Shown here in pieces: positions 60,721 to 64,000 of a stretch of DNA of 64,000 bases; position 1 is the first letter of the stretch, and every line of letters starts with the position of its first letter. The notes beneath the pieces are model-generated. The model was not told where the DNA came from, did not search any database, and saw only the letters and a list, made by a program, of their open reading frames with translations. The stretch is taken from assembly GCF_044324785.1 (NCBI RefSeq), contig NZ_CP172127.1; one strand, given 5' to 3'. The position numbers and the translations under genes were made by a program. The DNA comes from Escherichia coli. GTDB taxonomy: Bacteria; Pseudomonadota; Gammaproteobacteria; Enterobacterales; Enterobacteriaceae.

Positions 60721-61884
60721 TTATCCAGCAATGTAATGCGGAACGAAACGTGAGGTGTCTTTGGTGATCAGCGTGTTATCTTCACGGATCCCCATTCCGC
60801 ACGCTTCATCATCGACAATCCAGCTACCGATGAGTGTGTAGCTATCGCCAAATCGCGGCAGAGGTTGAAACGCCTGGTAGATCATCGGTTCATCGGCGTA
60901 ATCACCATCAGCGTGGTCAACGACGTTATTCTGACCGTCGAAAATGGTGACGTTTCCGCCTTCGCGTGAGTAGATCGGTTTACGCACATAGCTTTCGCCA
61001 GCGGCAATCTGCGGTTTTTCGCCCTCAAACCAGGATGCAAGAAGGTTAGGATGACCAGGAAAGAAGCGCCAAAGCAGCGGCATTAACCCTTTGTTGCTCA
61101 AGATACTTTTCCATAACGGCTCCACCCATTGCTCGCGGCGCTTGCGCAGCAGCGGACCGTTATCGTCACGCATCATCCACTCCAGCGGATACAGCTTAAA
61201 TGCACGCTGGATGACATTATCATCAAGATCGGTCAGCACACCGCCGACGCCCAAACCGAGATCTTCAATGTAGATAAACCGCGACTCCTGCCCAGCCTGC
61301 TGGGCGCAGTCCTGCAAGTACAGCACGGTACTCCTGTCTTCATCGGTGTCCTGACAGCAGCAAAAATAAAACGGGTCCCGACTGTAAAGCTCACTAAAGC
61401 GCGAAATCAGGCGTTCCTGAATGGCATTGTACTGATCGGCATCACGCGGAATAATGCCGCTGCGCCGGGCATCTTCCAGCCACAGCCACTGGAAATAAGC
61501 CGATTCATACAACGAGGTTGGCGTATCGGCGTTGTACTCCAGCAGCTTCACCGGCGCATTGCCACACCAGGCAAAATCCATCCGGCCATACAGCGAAGGA
61601 TCGCGTGCGCGCCAGCTTTCGGCGATCACATCCCAGTACAACGGAGGGATCGCCAGTTGCGTCAGGATTTCTTCGTCTTTAACCACGCGATCCACCACCT
61701 CAAGGCACATCTGATGCAGTTCCGCAGTTGGTTTTTCGATCTGCTCTTCAATCTGGCGCAGGGTAAAGCGGTAAGCCCGACTCTCATCCCAATAGATTTC
61801 ATTGTCGATGATATGAAAGTCGAAACCGTTGTCAGCGGCGATCTGGTCCAGATCCCGCCGTACAGGAACGTTGTGTCTCAGCAT
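60721..61884 (-). CDS. yjfC: Glutathionylspermidine-synthase-like ATP-grasp protein
   Basis: 387 aa from internal ATG (MLRHNVPVRRDLDQIAADNGFDF...), GspS pre-ATP-grasp family. Confidence 0.8.
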   Translation of the reverse strand: MLRHNVPVRRDLDQIAADNGFDFHIIDNEIYWDESRAYRFTLRQIEEQIEKPTAELHQMCLEVVDRVVKDEEILTQLAIPPLYWDVIAESWRARDPSLYGRMDFAWCGNAPVKLLEYNADTPTSLYESAYFQWLWLEDARRSGIIPRDADQYNAIQERLISRFSELYSRDPFYFCCCQDTDEDRSTVLYLQDCAQQAGQESRFIYIEDLGLGVGGVLTDLDDNVIQRAFKLYPLEWMMRDDNGPLLRKRREQWVEPLWKSILSNKGLMPLLWRFFPGHPNLLASWFEGEKPQIAAGESYVRKPIYSREGGNVTIFDGQNNVVDHADGDYADEPMIYQAFQPLPRFGDSYTLIGSWIVDDEACGMGIREDNTLITKDTSRFVPHYIAG

Positions 61885-61886
61885 GA

Positions 61887-62525
61887 TTAGCCTCCCCAAT
61901 GCCCACGGGCGCTGGAAGAACGACCATAGCCGCCGCGAGAAACGGTTGACGCTTTTTTGGTGGTAAAGCCGCCCGAAGAATAAGACTCTTTTTTGCCAGA
62001 ACCGGAGCGCCAGGAGTAATCACCGGAAGTGTTGCGCCAGACGGGGCGCGAAGCAAAAGAGGAACCGCCGCTGTTATAAACAAACTGCTCATCGCGATCT
62101 TTACGAATAACCCGGCTTAACAAAAATCCAGAAACAACCGGGATCCAACTCTGTTCAACGTTGTCGTAGTAACAATTTTCATACTTAGACTGACAATTCT
62201 GCTGAGTCATATTCTTCGGAACATCGGCATAAAATGCCGCTTTGGCATTGTTCCAGCCACGCGCGCAAATGTCTGCATTATTACCGTCATCAATACAATC
62301 CTGCACTGTCGAGTAAAACGTTCCGTCGCCGTCGTTATCGACATCGCTACTTTCACTCCATCCTTTGACTATTAAAAAAGCAGCACCGCCCATTAGCGCC
62401 AACGTTAAGTATTTTTGTGCGTAGCGATTGCGGCGCGGCTCAAAAGGATTATGCGGTCTTCCAATGCGACTGATTGCCCCATGTCCGATATTTTTGTTAT
62501 TTCTGGATTTGCGTTTTCTGGCCAT
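61887..62525 (-). CDS. yjfM: DUF1190 protein, Gly/Ser-rich C-terminus
   Basis: 212 aa, basic N-terminus, one TM segment, C-terminal GGSSFASRP...SSARGHWGG low-complexity tail. Confidence 0.75.
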   Translation of the reverse strand: MARKRKSRNNKNIGHGAISRIGRPHNPFEPRRNRYAQKYLTLALMGGAAFLIVKGWSESSDVDNDGDGTFYSTVQDCIDDGNNADICARGWNNAKAAFYADVPKNMTQQNCQSKYENCYYDNVEQSWIPVVSGFLLSRVIRKDRDEQFVYNSGGSSFASRPVWRNTSGDYSWRSGSGKKESYSSGGFTTKKASTVSRGGYGRSSSARGHWGG

Positions 62526-62534
62526 GATCGTCCA

Positions 62535-62933
62535 TTACCATGTCATACAAGCTGCGTTAAAAATACCGCCAGCCAGCGCGGCGGTTCCCATAAACATTCC
62601 TGCTGCGGTATTGTGATTAATAATTTTTTCGCTTAATGAGGGCATATAAAGTCTGACACCAGCAAAAACGAGTAACTGAATCACCAGTGCAATCCCGCCC
62701 CAGGCGAAATAGTCTGGAATACTCACCGCATTGATTGCCGCACTGGATAACGGGATCACGTACCCCAACAATGTTCCGCTGAACGCCAGTGACGCCGCGG
62801 TATTATTGTTTTTGATTAACTGCCATTCGTTGTGCGGTGTAATTTTGGAGTAGATAAACAGAAAAATAATCACCATCGCCACGCCAATAAAAAAATAGGC
62901 GCTAAAGGCAAGAAGTGAATCCAGTATATGCAT
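62535..62933 (-). CDS. yjfL: DUF350 inner membrane protein
   Basis: 132 aa from internal ATG (MHILDSLLAFSAYFFIGVAMVIIFLFIYS...), 4 TM. Confidence 0.75.
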   Translation of the reverse strand: MHILDSLLAFSAYFFIGVAMVIIFLFIYSKITPHNEWQLIKNNNTAASLAFSGTLLGYVIPLSSAAINAVSIPDYFAWGGIALVIQLLVFAGVRLYMPSLSEKIINHNTAAGMFMGTAALAGGIFNAACMTW

Positions 62934-62950
62934 TGTAAACGTCCTTGTAA

Positions 62951-63610
62951 TTAACCAATAATATGAAGTGATGTCAGCGGGATATCGACACCCAGCGCGC
63001 GCGAAAATAACCACTCCGGCTCGCCGAGATCGTTAAAAGATTCCTCACCATTTAACAGCAAATATTCGTAAGTATCTCCGGTCACCTGCCGTTGGTAGCC
63101 CATGCTAAAATTATGGACCTCCCATTTGGCATGGTTTTGATTTTCTACTTTTTCCAGCATGTAGACAGGTTCGATATTTCCTGGTTCTTCGCTGTTAAAA
63201 AATCGCTGCCAGCGTTTTTCCTGCCAGTTTAAGGTCATTGCCCCCATCGCTTTGGCGTTGATCGCCTCGCGCCAGTGACTCTCTTTACTGATACCGTAGC
63301 TCTCTTCATAGACAAAGAGCTTGATATCATCAATGTCATCAATATCTTCGCCGCCGGTGGTATTGATTTGCAGAAATTCATCGCCCGAAGTGTAGTAGCG
63401 GAAAATCTGGCTACCGCCGCCCAGATCGATGCGGCTGACGGCGGCTACCGTAAATTCCTCACCCGGCAGCGCAATCAGCAATTCATCTTCCAGCAAACGA
63501 AACGCTAACGTGTCGAGCGTAAAGCCACTATTGAGATGCAGACCCAGCGGACCGCGAGCGATAGCAGGCTTATTATCCTTGCCAAACAGACGCTGGAAAA
63601 AACCAGACAT
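62951..63610 (-). CDS. yjfK: DUF2491 protein
   Basis: 219 aa soluble protein in yjfJ-yjfC cluster. Confidence 0.75.
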   Translation of the reverse strand: MSGFFQRLFGKDNKPAIARGPLGLHLNSGFTLDTLAFRLLEDELLIALPGEEFTVAAVSRIDLGGGSQIFRYYTSGDEFLQINTTGGEDIDDIDDIKLFVYEESYGISKESHWREAINAKAMGAMTLNWQEKRWQRFFNSEEPGNIEPVYMLEKVENQNHAKWEVHNFSMGYQRQVTGDTYEYLLLNGEESFNDLGEPEWLFSRALGVDIPLTSLHIIG

Positions 63611-63659
63611 ATTTTATCCTTAAAATAGTTGCCAGCCTTTTAGCGAGGCTGGCAAAAAA

Positions 63660-64000
63660 TTACTCGCCCTGTTGGCGTTGCAGTCTTGCTAATACATCCT
63701 GGGCGCTACTTTTATTGCTACCGCCAATTCCGGCTTCCGCCAGCTTTTCATCAAGATCGCGACCGTCTGCGACTTTTTCCAACTGTGCGGCAGCATCCAG
63801 GCGAGCCTGACGTTCGGCCTGACGCGTTTGCAGGCGTTTTAAGGATTCTGCCGCTGTCGAAACGCTGGAAGATGCGCCAACGGTAGAGGTCGTTACAGCC
63901 TGTTGTGCACGCTGCATGGCTTCAGTAGCTTTAACGACTTCCATTTGCTGCTCAAACTGAGCGATACGCTGCGCTGTCGCTGTAACTGCTTTTTCCACAC
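63660..64000 (-). CDS. yjfJ: PspA/IM30-family protein, C-terminal part only (gene continues beyond window end)
   Basis: Coiled-coil rich C-terminus (...QRIAQFEQQMEVVKATEAMQRAQQ...); frame open to window edge. Confidence 0.75.
   Translation of the reverse strand, partial: VEKAVTATAQRIAQFEQQMEVVKATEAMQRAQQAVTTSTVGASSSVSTAAESLKRLQTRQAERQARLDAAAQLEKVADGRDLDEKLAEAGIGGSNKSSAQDVLARLQRQQGE

Noticed and set aside
61129-61890. 253-aa plus-strand ORF
   Set aside because: Antisense to yjfC, which has clear ATP-grasp family similarity

Overview
The window reads as a contiguous Escherichia coli-type chromosomal segment, with gene order (from memory of the K-12 map, about 95-96 min, here in reverse orientation) treR-treBC, nrdDG, cybC, pmbA, yjgA, mpl, fbp, ytfT-ytfR-yjfF-ytfQ, ppa, chpSB, ytfP-tamB-tamA, msrA, ytfL/K/J/I, cysQ, cpdB, ytfH/G/F/E, cycA, fklB, ytfB, then rplI-rpsR-priB-rpsF, yjfY, the ula (ascorbate) regulon, yjfP, bsmA, yjfN, aidB and yjfC-M-L-K-J. 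Most of it is core housekeeping and transport genes, with REP/BIME palindromes in several intergenic spacers, one chpSB toxin-antitoxin pair, and no tRNA, rRNA, CRISPR, IS element or prophage signal that I could see. The part that stands out is an approximately 8.3 kb block between ytfB and yjfZ/rplI (38952-47272): a divergently transcribed TetR-family regulator, a tightly packed five-gene operon (short-chain dehydrogenase, xylose-isomerase-like TIM-barrel enzyme, enoyl-CoA hydratase, fused family-I CoA-transferase, 690-aa fumarate-reductase-like flavoprotein) and an ExuT-like anion MFS transporter. As I recall, K-12 has only a regulator remnant (ytfA) at this position, so this looks like a strain-variable, uncharacterised CoA-dependent catabolic (or reductive) module for an anionic hydroxy/sugar-acid-like substrate. 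Secondary points are two AT-rich orphan genes (ytfI, yjfZ), the PspA-like yjfJ-yjfC cluster, and three DUF1471-like paralogues. All calls rest on reading the six-frame translations and on remembered protein families; no database search was run. The ORF track uses TTG/GTG as well as ATG starts, so several starts were moved to internal codons that match remembered protein lengths; coordinates of small motifs may be off by a base or two.
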